NCBI GenBank assembly: GCA_045837725.1
Contig: JBEWZL010000043.1
Span: 186,001-231,881, forward strand
Length of the DNA stretch: 45,881 nucleotides
Origin: Vermamoeba vermiformis
Lineage: Eukaryota
Direction of reading: 5' to 3'
Part shown: one piece after another, positions 22,001-37,236 of the stretch
Layout: the number at the start of each line of letters is the position of its first letter
Position numbering within the stretch: the stretch's first letter is position 1
Notes under the pieces: generated by a model
Database searches by the model: none
Told to the model about the DNA's origin: nothing
The model's input: the letters and a program-made list of their open reading frames with translations, nothing else
Position numbers and translations under genes: made by a program

Positions 22001-24450
22001 TAAATCTTGCGGTTGGGAATCACGAAAGATTTCGCTGGTTAGTTTTTAAAAACTTTGACAGATCGACCACAAGGGTCGAAATATTTATTAAAAATTGTTA
22101 ATTAACAGCAGACAGTGACGCGCCACGGTCGCCACGGCCGTTCAGCGCGAGTTATTTCGAAGATTAACAATGCGAATCTTGGATTCGCAATAGATCGGCC
22201 ATAAGGGCCGATTTGTGCATTTTCACTGTTTAGATATTATCAGTACACACGCGCCAAACGACATTCAGCGTCGTTCCAGCGCGGCTTTAAGATCGCGAAC
22301 AAAACGCGATCAAATCTCGGTGCAGTGACCGAGATAAATTAAGGTAAGATTTTTTTATACACTTCCGCCATTTATAACATTAATCTATCGTAAATTCAAA
22401 TTTAAAAAATTAATTAGATCCGGATCGAATTAATTAGTGCTCGGACTTTATCCGGATTTTTAATTAATATCGATGAAACAATACTAAATATAATATATTA
22501 ATACTTCATTTTTTATTTAGATTGTGCTCACGATTTTTTACCGCGATCGAAAGTTACCGATGCCATTAATCCGTCAAGACCCTTAAAATAACTCGGTAAG
22601 TTTTTTAATATATTCAATGGTGATAGAATAATCGTACCAATGCGTCGATTATTCATTTCAAAATCAAGTTAAATTTTTTAAAATTATATTGAGTCAGATC
22701 GAGCTTCGTGCTCGTGCAAAGTTTAAATTATTGGTTATTATACTATCAATACAATATAATAATGGTTTTTTGAAAGGTTATTTCGGTGTCGTCTGCGCAG
22801 ACGTGATGTGTGGATCGTTCGCGAAGTCGATCGCTCAATCCCCGCTAATTCTTCAAGCGTAAGTAGTTTAAATTTATTATATTATTACTATTTAATATTC
22901 TAATGCTATTTATTTAGGCGTTAAAAGTTACACGGGACGGATCTCGAACGCGATCTTCTCGCGTTGTTAGATCCATTACATTGCTTGTGGTGGACCGGTA
23001 AGTACATATACATATAGAAACCATCCATAACTAACGCATTATATCAATAGAAATGGCGAAGGAGACTTCTGTTGAACATTTACCAGATCGGGATCCAACG
23101 CGTCTCGATCAGGTAAAATTTCTCTACGGGGCATCGATTGCCTTAAAGGTAAGTGATCCCCCTTATATATTAATATTTTAATCAACTGATGCTAATTTTA
23201 CGCCTAGGAGATGACACGGAGCTGGGGCCAGAGATCGCGCACAACTAACCCGATCTCTCGTAAGTTCAGTGACGCGCATTGATCGCGTCAAAAGTAAGTA
23301 AAATTGATTTTGTATTATTATTGTAAGATACTAACATCTTTATTTCTTATTAGAACCGTTGGATAGAATTTTTGGTGGATTTGGTGGCGTAAATTTTGGA
23401 CTTGGCGCTATCTCGGATCGCTGACAAAAGTACGGCTCTCAATAGGTAAGTTAATTTACGCTTTTATATTATATCTAATCAATTATTAACTCCTTGATAT
23501 TGTAGAGTTGAGGCGTGTTTGATTTCGCCACAGATCCCCGCGGGGCCCCATTGATCCCGCTTCAGTAATTAATTGCGCGCATCGATCGCGCTGAAAGTAA
23601 GTAAAACATGTTAATAACTCTTATTACAACAATTTGATATCATTTTTATTTCTTTTAGATAAGAGTGCGTTAGCATTATTTACGGATGCTGAACGCGATC
23701 TGACGCGAGCAATTCTGATGGTATACGAGAATTTAATGATCCGTAAGTAGCATAAAACGATTAACAGTGTATAATAATCTAATCTATTTCCTCAGAGTCA
23801 TTGAATTTGATGACGCTATAAAGAAATCGGATCCGCAACTTGAACGGATTCACGACTCAAAAACGAAGTTGGAAGCATGAAGGTAAGTTCTTTTAAAGAC
23901 ATTAGTTATTTTTATGGGCTTACTAACGTGGTTTTACGAGTAGATTCAAGTACTATTTATTTACGCCACCGATCTTTGAGGCCCGCGTTGATCCCGTTCA
24001 AGTTTACGCAATTAGCAACGTAAGTATTTACAATTATTAGTATAAATGTTATTGAAAATAAATTGAGATAAAGTAATTGAAATAAATTGTAGGGATCATC
24101 ACCACGAAAATAGATCGGCGCTAAATCTAACATTAACACTGCGCATCGATTGCGCCAAAAGTAAGTTTAAAGCGTACATTACCAAATACAATATTTTAAT
24201 ATCTTTAATTAATTATAGTTTGATAACACGAGACTGACTTAGCGGATGTGCGCGGGATCTGCGCGCTTAATTTTCAAGATAGGCGAAGATTCAAGACCCG
24301 TAAGTAATATATAACGATTGTGCTATACAGTGACTAACATATTATAGCAGTAGATTGGCTAAAACAGTTAAAGTAGCGAAGAAATGCGATCCGCAACTTG
24401 AGCGGATGCGCGATCCTGAAATTGGCGGGTGATTGCTTGGTAAGTATTAT
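19085..24450 (+). ncRNA. Putative long, multi-exon, hairpin-dense non-coding RNA locus (may extend to the AATAAA at ~25855)
   Basis: More than 20 GTAAG/GTGAG donors with CTAAY..YAG acceptors, all on +. Exons 20963-21043 and 24219-24299 have stops in all three frames. Most exons contain stems, and internal duplicates show compensatory changes. Transcription is inferred, not shown. Confidence 0.65.
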
Positions 24451-24600
24451 TTTCGTTTAAATATAATATTAAAGTGTTGGTTTAATTATTATATGAAATT
24501 TAATACTGCCTCGTTAACTTTTTTTTCAGTTTTCTGTCGGTTTTCTGTGATCACAGAAAACTGGCTGACGAGATTTCTTGGCACATGCTTTCGTTTACGT

Positions 24601-28370
<3,770 letters not shown>

Positions 28371-31300
28371 TTTGCCCATGTCAGTTGTGCGGATCGAACA
28401 AACTTTGTTTTAATTGAACCGCTATGTAAAACAGAAAAGCTTGCCTAATGCCCTTTAAAATATACATAAATATATTCTAATGGACTGATAGTCTGCCAGC
28501 GAGCGAATCTGGCAACAGGATTCGCAAAATATATTTCAAAATTTAGTGCGGATATGTTAATAACTTGCTTGGTCATAATATATGTGAAAATTGGTAATAT
28601 TCCGATCGATTTGGAAGGTGCTACAGAACAGCGAGAGACAATTAGATTCAATTTTTTAAATCCGCTTTGGCCCGAAGCTCGCAACTAACCGCACTTCTGC
28701 AGAGTTTCTTGTTTTTGCCGGAGGATTGGGAGCTTGCGACCATTTCAATGCCTGAGGTTGTTTCTATGAAGGTGCCGAACGCTCGCTGTCATACCGGGAG
28801 TTGCCAAACCACTGGTGACGTTTATAAGTAAGTAGCTTCAAAACTGGAGAATCACGCTTAGCCTTCTATCGTAGGTTACCACAGCTGGACAATCTTTACT
28901 GTTTCGGATGTCTCAGCTCTGGAAGCGTATTAATCAAGGAGAACGCTCGTCCTTTTGCCGAAGAAGCTAAACTGAGATATCGGTTGTAAGTTTTGGTTTT
29001 TCTAGCCGATGGCATTTAACCGCACATTGCAGCGAAAACTTTCGGAAGATCGCACGGCACCAGGTCATGAAGCTTATCGAGAAAGCCAAAGTTTGGGACA
29101 ACGCACAGGGAGCAGTGAGCGCAACACTGCTCGTCAACAAGAAAGATAGGTCACAGTTTACCTACAGTGTCTTTGCGGGTAAGTTTCAATAGCATGGATG
29201 CTCGGGATCCCGATCTAACCAAGTACAATTAAGGTCATCACCGAGCTTTTGCCATCCGGCACTTGATGGGGCGGTTGCAGTTTCAAAATTACTGCATAAA
29301 GGTGTTTTTGTTTCCCAATGAAGAGGTAAGCAAGTAGAATCTTAGCAATTTTCATTGGTGCAACTAAATACTCTTTGCATAGGAGCTACGTAAACACAGC
29401 ATCCAATTGCAAGAGCTGGAGGAGATTACCATGGAAATGTGTCCCATGGACAAGGTTGTTGCCGCTCGCAAGGAGATCGAATTAGCCTTCGAAGATAGCC
29501 ATGTAGACAGTTATGATAAACTGTCTGCCGTGATGGTGGCCCACCTGAAACATACATATGGAGGTAAGTAGCTAGCCAATTCTTAATATGTATTTAACTC
29601 CGCACTATTGAACAGCGGAGAACGTCAAAATTGCCTCCGCAATTCCATTGCCTCTGCTCGAAAAATTACGTGAGCTCAGTTTGTTCACGCTTGCCTTTGC
29701 AGATGCGTCAGAGTAAGATCGGCCGAGAATTTAGATGATGTTCTGCTAATCAAATCTTAGAACTCCTTTTCCGAAACGTTCTCTAGCTTCCTTTTGCACC
29801 GGCTCGACCCAAGAAGAGATCTTCGAAGTTATAAGTCCGTTGATCGATGAGTACTGGCAATATTATAAGTACTGTAAGTGTCACCAAGTTATTTAAATTT
29901 TTTAACTTTAGTTTATTTAGTGTATACGTCAAAAAATATGGTACAAAAGAAAAAAGGCCAGTTCACGAAGGCTACGCTGGATGAGTGGCTAAAAGAAGTC
30001 AGGGAAAAGCTGGCTAAAATTGAAATTGAGCCCGGTAAGTTCAATATATTAGTAGAACTTAATAGCTAATTGGTTTATTAGAAAAAACTTACGAAATGCC
30101 CAATGTAAACCACTCGTTGTATTATAATAAGATACAACGACAATTTTTTGATGCTTGCGAGAAAATCTTGGACATGAAACAAGTGAGTATCCGCTGAGAA
30201 TTATTTAACAACTCATTCTTACCGTCTTCAGGCTGCATGGCCAAAAGAGCTGACCTCAAAAGCTAAGGTAGTGTTTGATACCAAGTGTATCAAGCACTTA
30301 AAGGAATGTGAGCAGAAGAAGAGCTACACGCTAATAGCTTGGGATAGTGACCAGTACAAAGCAGATATTCAATCTCTGCAATGTGGCTTGTACTGGCACA
30401 TGCCCAAAGAGACTCTGCTGGAAACGGCCAAAGCCGAAGACCTTCCCGTGGTTTTGGCTTTGCCGAAGTTTCCTCAAGATGCTGACCTTGCCGTTGTTAG
30501 TGGATACAATGGGCTTATACTTGGTACGTAATTCAATTTTGTTTACATTATTCTGACTACCTTTAGTACCAATGGTTGGAAGTCACAACTTTGTCACCGA
30601 GGCAAATACTTTGTTCTTCAACATTGCTGGAACTGCTCTGTCATTGTTGGTGAAGAATCTGAAGCTTCCTAGTGGACAATTAGCGAACGAGTACTTCGTC
30701 GAAGTACTCACACGTTCTTATTTTGCCCTTGCTTCGGTAAGTACGTCAACTACTTAACTGTCGTCTCATGTTGTTTTGTTAGACCGAATTCTTCATGAAA
30801 CAAAGGCTTGATAAAAATAATTTTGAGCAACAGTTGCCAATGACAATTTTATCTTGTTTGAATGCACGTAAGTACTCAAATCCGTTTTAATGATAGTGAC
30901 TAACCCTTGTGTAGTGCATATTTGTTGTGGCAAAAAGTGTGCAAAATTGGCTGTCATTGGAGAGATGACTGAATCTACTATGGTGGACTTAATGCACTAC
31001 TCTCTCTCCATTGCCCATTGCTCAAAGACGGCACTTGGGAACCGCACCATCCCTCTTCCTGCTTGTTTGCCAGAAGTGCAGTCTGTGGTTAAAGTTGCTC
31101 GAAGTTGGCTGCCAGCAGGCAGTCAGCCCAATCAGCCCAATCAGCCCAAGAAGACACTTGCCTACCAAATAAGGCTTGGAGCTTTGGCTTCGGAAATACA
31201 ACGGCAGCCTATTCCCACCCCTGTTGTAGTTGTTTTCAGTGGTCAGCCTGGAGGTGAAAGGCATGACATTAACAACCAGGCATGCATCCCGCCAACTCTC

Positions 31301-33341
31301 CCTTTTCATGGTTCACGTAAGTTACAACGTACCAAGTTTAGACTAGTTTATAATTGTTTTAAATCTAGGATGGTACCCAACCGACAAATTGAGCTTGGAT
31401 GACCTCGAGCAGGTCAGCAAAGGGGAGGATGAGATAATCAAGCTTCTGTGGCCGAATTTATCTTGTAATGTTGCACAATTTTCGTATTTCTATTCTTCTG
31501 GCTGGCAAACACACGGATCCGTAAGTTTGACTAAGCAAATATTTTGTGTTTGTAACATTTGCTTTAGGGTTGTGCTCAAAAATACCTTTTGTTGCCAAAT
31601 TTCAAAGGATCAATATTTTGGGTGGTTGGTAAGGCCAACGCAGGTGATGTTATCCCAGCACGTAAGTAAAATTACGTATAGTCATATCATTTTCTAACTA
31701 ACTTTATGATACAGTCAATGCCGGAGACAAGCTTATGGCGAATTATTCGGCATTCCTACAGTCTCCTGGGGAACAGATCGTTTTACCAATCGCGACAAAG
31801 CGCTATTACTTCTTCGTGCTGCCGTCTTGCAGTCCTGGGGGTGAATGTAGCAGCACAACGGCATTTCTTGTGCGGCAGTGGGTGCTTACAAGGCATGAGG
31901 CTTTTTACATCTCTCTTGCCAAGCAGTCAAAGCTGGATTTCCTATGGATTTTACTACAGTTTGCAAACAAGCCATGGACAATGAGCATATCGAAGAATAT
32001 TTTCGATCTCTTCCGTGAATTTATCAGTGATTGGCTTACGTTGGATGGTCTGACAGCACTTGTCTGTGAGGATAAAAATGGCTTCTCTGGTTGGAAATAT
32101 TGCAGTACTTGCAACAGTGTGATGTCTCTGCTGGTTTTGTACTCCCAGAGTCTCGTAGCTTATTGCATCCGCTGTATGAAGACTGCCTCTGTTAGAACGC
32201 AGAAATGTATCACTGCAGTCGCTCTGGGTCAGAACTCTGCCAAGTTTTTGTTAGTTCAAGTTGCACGGTAAGTGGCAGCGATATTTGTTCAAATAGTAAC
32301 TTGCAGCTTCGCAGGGCAATTTGCAATTTAATTAATGGTCCCCATTATCCTACTACTGAGAAGGAAAAGCACTTGCAGACAGCCAACAAGCATCTTCAAG
32401 TACTTATTGAAAAGGCTAAAGAGTCTAAAAGCGAGATAATTCCAAAATTGCCTATTGCATTTTGGCGTGGAGAACCAACTATGACCTTCCGGCCCAAAGA
32501 TGAGTTGGAAGATATCGAGCCCTACACAGGAAAAGAAGAGCACTTTTCAATGAGTCATCGCGAAGCAGCAAACGACGCAGCGAGCGAGGCAGAGAGAGAA
32601 GCAGAGAAAGGAGCAGCGAGTGAGGAGCAAGAAGAGGAAGAAGAAGAGGATGACAGCGAAAGCCTTCAGGATAGTCGCAAGAGACCAGGAGAGCCACTTC
32701 CAAACCCTCAAGCAATGAAGAAGCCAAGGACGGCATCGCAACCTCAAGCTAAAAAATAATCTTTGTATTCATAAATAAACTACTGTGGAGCAGTTTTAAA
32801 TAGCAAATCGCCCTCTTCAGCATTCTTGGTACTGTACGGCTCTTTGGTCGCACCAGCTGCTAGTTCACACAATTGGTGTAACGAGTACGCAGTACAAAAA
32901 ATTGTACTCTTTCTTTACAACTTTTTTATTGATAAATACTAAGATAATGTAGAATATTTAATATGCATAAAATAAAAGCAATTGATGTGCAGTTATTCAG
33001 TCATTGTAGTTATTCAGGTGCGGATGTGCTGAACAGCTTAGCAAATATGCTTGTCAGGATATCGTGAAGGGTTTTGAGGGCTGTCTGGAGTTTTTTCCTG
33101 GCCGATATAATCCAAATCCAAGTCGAAATCGGTATTTCTCGGGCCTTCATGGTTTGGATCTTGACGCTCGGCTTGTGCTCGTTGCTTTTCCATGTAATGA
33201 TGTTGAAAGTGTGGGTAAGGGTCTTCACTTAAGTCCTCTTCTTCTGATTGGCTGAAACTTTACAAAAAATATCAGTTGTAGCAAAAACCGTTCATTGTTT
33301 GGTCTGTTTTTCATCGTACACCACGCAACTGCCACAACATA

Positions 33342-34817
33342 ATGGAGAAGAACTCTACTACCTCTCAAAGTGTTTCTCAACACTTGGACAACATTCAGGA
33401 AGTGTTCTCTTGGTCAGAAGACAGTGTAAGTTTGGATTTAAGTATACAACAGTTTTTTCTCGAGCATTGCAAGGATCCTCTTTCAAAATTATGTTATTCC
33501 AGATCAATTGAATTCATGCATAAAATAACATTTTATTATTTTATGTATTATTTTGCCCATATCTTAAATTTTACAGTTCCAAAAAACCTTGCAACGCTTT
33601 TCAATCATTCTTGCACTGCCTCCAAATTATTTTTGCAACAATTCAAGGCTAGCCTTAGTCCTGCTAGCCAAGAATTGGAAATACTTCTTTTTACAGGAGA
33701 CCACGGCGACGATTTCTACCTTTTACTATTTTTGGTTGGCTACTGTTCAGGCTTAAAGAGCAAAGTGATTAATGGTCCTTTAACTGTTGAATCCTTGAGG
33801 AAACTAAAGCACATTGCTGTTGTGGATATTGAAAAATACTCTCAACAACTTAAGGCTCTATCACAAGTTATCATCCAAGTTGACGAAAGTTTGCAAACGC
33901 CGGATCAAAGTGACAGTCAAACAAAAAAGCGAAAGTTAGTTGAATCCACTGAAGACAGCCCAGAAAGTAAAAGGAGGAAGATTGCAACTGAAAGTCCCTT
34001 GCAAAGAATTGTTGCAAATGCATCAAAAATAAAACAAAGCCAGGCTCCTGATCCCACATCAAGTCCAACTTCTAAAGGAGTGGTTTCTGGTTCAATTGAT
34101 GAAGATGATGATTCCAGTGAGGGGAGTAGCGAGGACAGCAGTGATGAGAGGGATATTGATGAGAGCAATGATGAGAACAATTCCAACAACAATTCAAACA
34201 ATAATGATTTGGAACCCAAAAAATCAACAAGAAAAAGATCCCTTCCAACAAAAGAAGACAAAGAAAGGTTAATGGAAGTATCTGAAAAGATTAATGGCTT
34301 AATTACTCACCATGGATCTGGAAAAGAGTTTGACTGGGCAGATCAAGCAACATCTTTGGCAGTCAAACTCATGCGCTCATTGGGCCCCTTTGGTGTCTAT
34401 TTTTCAGTGTCCAGAGAAAAAGGAAAACTACTGCTCAACTCAGTTGGCAACATTTACTCTTCAAAGACTATGGAGCTTAGTGAAATGGCCCAAGTTTCAG
34501 TAAAAATGGTTAACAAGCACAAATTAAAGGGATCTTTGCGAGTGGACTCTGAAACCAACCAAAATGAAAAATTTCTTGGCTTGGATCTCTCAAGAGCTCA
34601 GTTTCAATACTTGTCTACTGCTACTTTTGCAAAAAAATTGTATTCTCTATTGGTGAGAGGAGGTCCTGCTTTACACATGTCTGAAGAGCTGGCAAAGTTG
34701 TACTTCAACATTCCAGACATACTTGTAGGATACTTCAAATCTGAGGAAGCACAGAAAGAGATTATAACAAAGATGGACATTAAAGGGTGTTTAGGGCCAG
34801 GGCTGGCCAGTTTTTAA
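33342..34817 (+). CDS. Hypothetical nuclear protein (acidic tract, NLS-like motifs); 3' end possibly truncated by the adjacent repeat element
   Basis: 491-codon ORF that may include in-frame introns near 33426-33576; KKRKL and SKRRKI motifs; final codons overlap the ttagggccagggctggcca motif. Confidence 0.6.
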   Translation: MEKNSTTSQSVSQHLDNIQEVFSWSEDSVSLDLSIQQFFLEHCKDPLSKLCYSRSIEFMHKITFYYFMYYFAHILNFTVPKNLATLFNHSCTASKLFLQQFKASLSPASQELEILLFTGDHGDDFYLLLFLVGYCSGLKSKVINGPLTVESLRKLKHIAVVDIEKYSQQLKALSQVIIQVDESLQTPDQSDSQTKKRKLVESTEDSPESKRRKIATESPLQRIVANASKIKQSQAPDPTSSPTSKGVVSGSIDEDDDSSEGSSEDSSDERDIDESNDENNSNNNSNNNDLEPKKSTRKRSLPTKEDKERLMEVSEKINGLITHHGSGKEFDWADQATSLAVKLMRSLGPFGVYFSVSREKGKLLLNSVGNIYSSKTMELSEMAQVSVKMVNKHKLKGSLRVDSETNQNEKFLGLDLSRAQFQYLSTATFAKKLYSLLVRGGPALHMSEELAKLYFNIPDILVGYFKSEEAQKEIITKMDIKGCLGPGLASF

Positions 34818-34868
34818 AATAAAATTGTACTTCAAACATGGGTAACCTTGTTCTTGGTGCAGCAGGAG

Positions 34869-35805
34869 GGCGTCAGACGGTCTGACGGCCTCTGGCAAGG
34901 GGGGGTGCATCAGACGGTCTGACGGCCTCAGGTGCAAAGGCATTGCACATGCACCTGCACCTGCACCCTCAGTCATGCACTGCAACAGCAAAGGGCGTCA
35001 GACGGTCTGACGGCCTTGGGATGGGGGGGTGCGTCAGACGGTCTGACGGCCTCAGGCAAGGGGGGGTGCGTCAGACGGTCTGACGGCCTCTGGCAAGAGG
35101 GGGTGCATCAGATGCAATGACCATGCACCTGCACCTGCACATGCACATGCATCCATGCACTGCAACAGCAAAGGGCGTCAGACGGTCTGACGGCCTTGGG
35201 ACAGGGGGGTGCGTCAGACAGTCTGACGGCCTCTGGCAAGGAGGGGGTGCGTCAGACGGTCTGACGGCCTCAGGCAAGGGGGGGTGCGTCAGACCGTCTG
35301 ACGGCCTTGGGACAGGGGGGTGCGTCAGACGGTCTGACGGCCTTGGGATGGGGGGGGGGTGCGTCAGACGGTCTGACGGCCTCAGGCAAGGGGGGGTGCG
35401 TCAGACCGTCTGACGGCCTCAGGTGCAAAGGCATTGCACCTGCACATGCACAGGCACCCCCTTTTCCTGCACTGGGGCAGCAAAGGGCGTCAGACGGTCT
35501 GACGGCCTCGGGCAAGGGGGGTGCGTCAGACGGTCTGATGGCCTCAGGCAAGGAGGGGGTGCGTCAGACAGTCTGACGGCCTTGGGACAGGGGGTGCGTC
35601 AGACGGTCTGACGGCCTTGGGACAGGGAGGGTGCGTCAGACGGTCTGACGGCCTCAGGCAAGGAGGGGGTGCATCAGACAGTCTGACGGCCTTGGGACAG
35701 GGGGGGTGCGTCAGACGGTCTGACGGCCTTGGGACAGGGAGGGTGTGTCAGACGGTCTGACGGCCTCAGGCAAGGGGGGGGTGCGTCAGACGGTCTGACG
35801 GCCTC
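34869..35805. repeat. ~37-bp tandem array, 21 copies of the 17-bp palindrome CGTCAGAC-N-GTCTGACG
   Basis: Counted directly; G-rich spacers of two main types (ggccttgggacagggg / ggcctcaggcaagggg); interrupted by TGCACC tracts. Confidence 0.95.
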
Positions 35806-35957
35806 AAGCAAAGAGGTGTTGCATCAATCAAGCTAATACTATTAGAATAGGGAAGTACGTAAGAGAGGCAAACAGTCTAGAGATGATGGCACATAGGTTC
35901 GACTTTGGACTGTAGTCTTTGTGCTTGGGGAAGATGTTAGGGTATGTAAAGGGGGGA

Positions 35958-36124
35958 GGGCGTCCGACACGTCCGACGGTCTCCACGTGCCTCAATTACC
36001 ATATTAGGAAATTCTGGGAATTGTCAGAAGAATTACTTTGCAAAAAAAATTCATGTACTGGAAAAGGGCGTCCGACGCGTCCGACGGTCTCCACGTGCCT
36101 CAATTACCATATTAGGAAATTCTG
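35958..36124. repeat. ~58-bp direct duplication
   Basis: gggcgtccgac(a/g)cgtccgacggtctccacgtgcctcaattaccatattaggaaattctg at ~35959 and ~36067. Confidence 0.9.
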
Positions 36125-36462
36125 AGAATCTGTAGTTTCAAAGAAAAAACATGGAACCGAAGCCTCTGGCAGCAAGCTCCAAAACATAAAATGCACCTGC
36201 ACCTGCCATGCACATGCACCTACCATGCCACAACCACGTAGCCAAGTAAGAAAACGCTAATTAACGAGTTTAATTCTTTATTTTAAACAAAGAACAAAAG
36301 CTACATGCTGGAAGACACTACTCGTGTTGGACATAACCACGAGCTGCCAGTTCTTGGTCGAGGTCAACCAATAGGCCCTCTGCCTCAACATTCTGCCCTG
36401 TAAGGTCTATAGGAATGTTTTAAACAATAAAGAATAATTTTTTAAACAAAGAAGTACTTACA

Positions 36463-36972
36463 CTCAATAAGGGAGCGAATGATTTCGTCTCTCTTGGCTT
36501 GTTCGCCAACCAGCTTGATTCTAGTGCGTTCTCGTAACTTGGCGGCCCTCATGTACAGAGTGGTTGCATGGATGGCATCGGGATGTTGCAAAAAACTATG
36601 CAAAAAAATATTAGAAATAAAAATTAAAAAAATAATTTTTTACTTACAAGTGGTGGTTTGGGAACTGCTCTCTTGCTCTTTGATACTCTTCACTAATGCT
36701 GAGAGACTGCGGAACGAAATTGTGATCCCGAGTTGCACCTGAATTTAAAAAAAATAAATTGCAATTCATAAATATAATTACTTTGTATTTTAATGAAAAT
36801 AAAGTGTGGAATATGTCTTATATATAATATTGTTGAAATTAATTAGATGCTTACACGCAATGAAGGAGGTGATACTCATTTTGATCCGGAGTGTTGCAAT
36901 ATACATCTTGAAATCAAGGCGCTCAATGCGCTCATTCACTCGTTGAAGCTGGGCACGATACGTCTGTTCCAT
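36463..36972 (-). CDS. Small multi-exon hypothetical protein
   Basis: MEQTYRAQLQRVNERIERLDFK followed by two further exons with GTAAG donors; no family recognised. Confidence 0.3.
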
Positions 36973-37236
36973 AATTATCCTTAGTTGTCTATATTTTGAA
37001 CAAAAAATACAGTTAGTCACAAAGTCACGAGAGCTGGATATTTTCAGTTATATTATGCACATAAAAGTATTTAGCACATCAATATTTACTTGAATTGTTT
37101 CTGGAAGCTGCAGAACCTTTCAGATAAACAGTGCACCAGTGCGTGCATCTCATTGGTACTGGTGCACATGCACCTGCACCTGCACTTGTACATGCACCTG
37201 CACCTGCACCTGTCGCAAAGGTAATTTTTATTCTGA

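Noticed and set aside
21696-23742. Apparent peptide similarity KSTLAVFTDV / KSALALFTDA between duplicated exons
   Set aside because: The frame shifts mid-exon between copies and the third copy has stops in all frames; nucleotide homology explains it.
19085-24450. Protein gene in an alternative genetic code, or tRNA/rRNA/snoRNA cluster
   Set aside because: Neighbouring genes use TAA, TAG and TGA as stops and paralogous exons differ by frame-breaking indels. No cloverleaf with T-loop, rRNA signature or consistent C/D or H/ACA box placement was seen by eye; an Rfam scan is still needed.
34791-35611. Overlapping ORFs with ASDGLTA / RPSDA repeats
   Set aside because: Artefacts of the palindromic array; open on both strands with variable G-run lengths.
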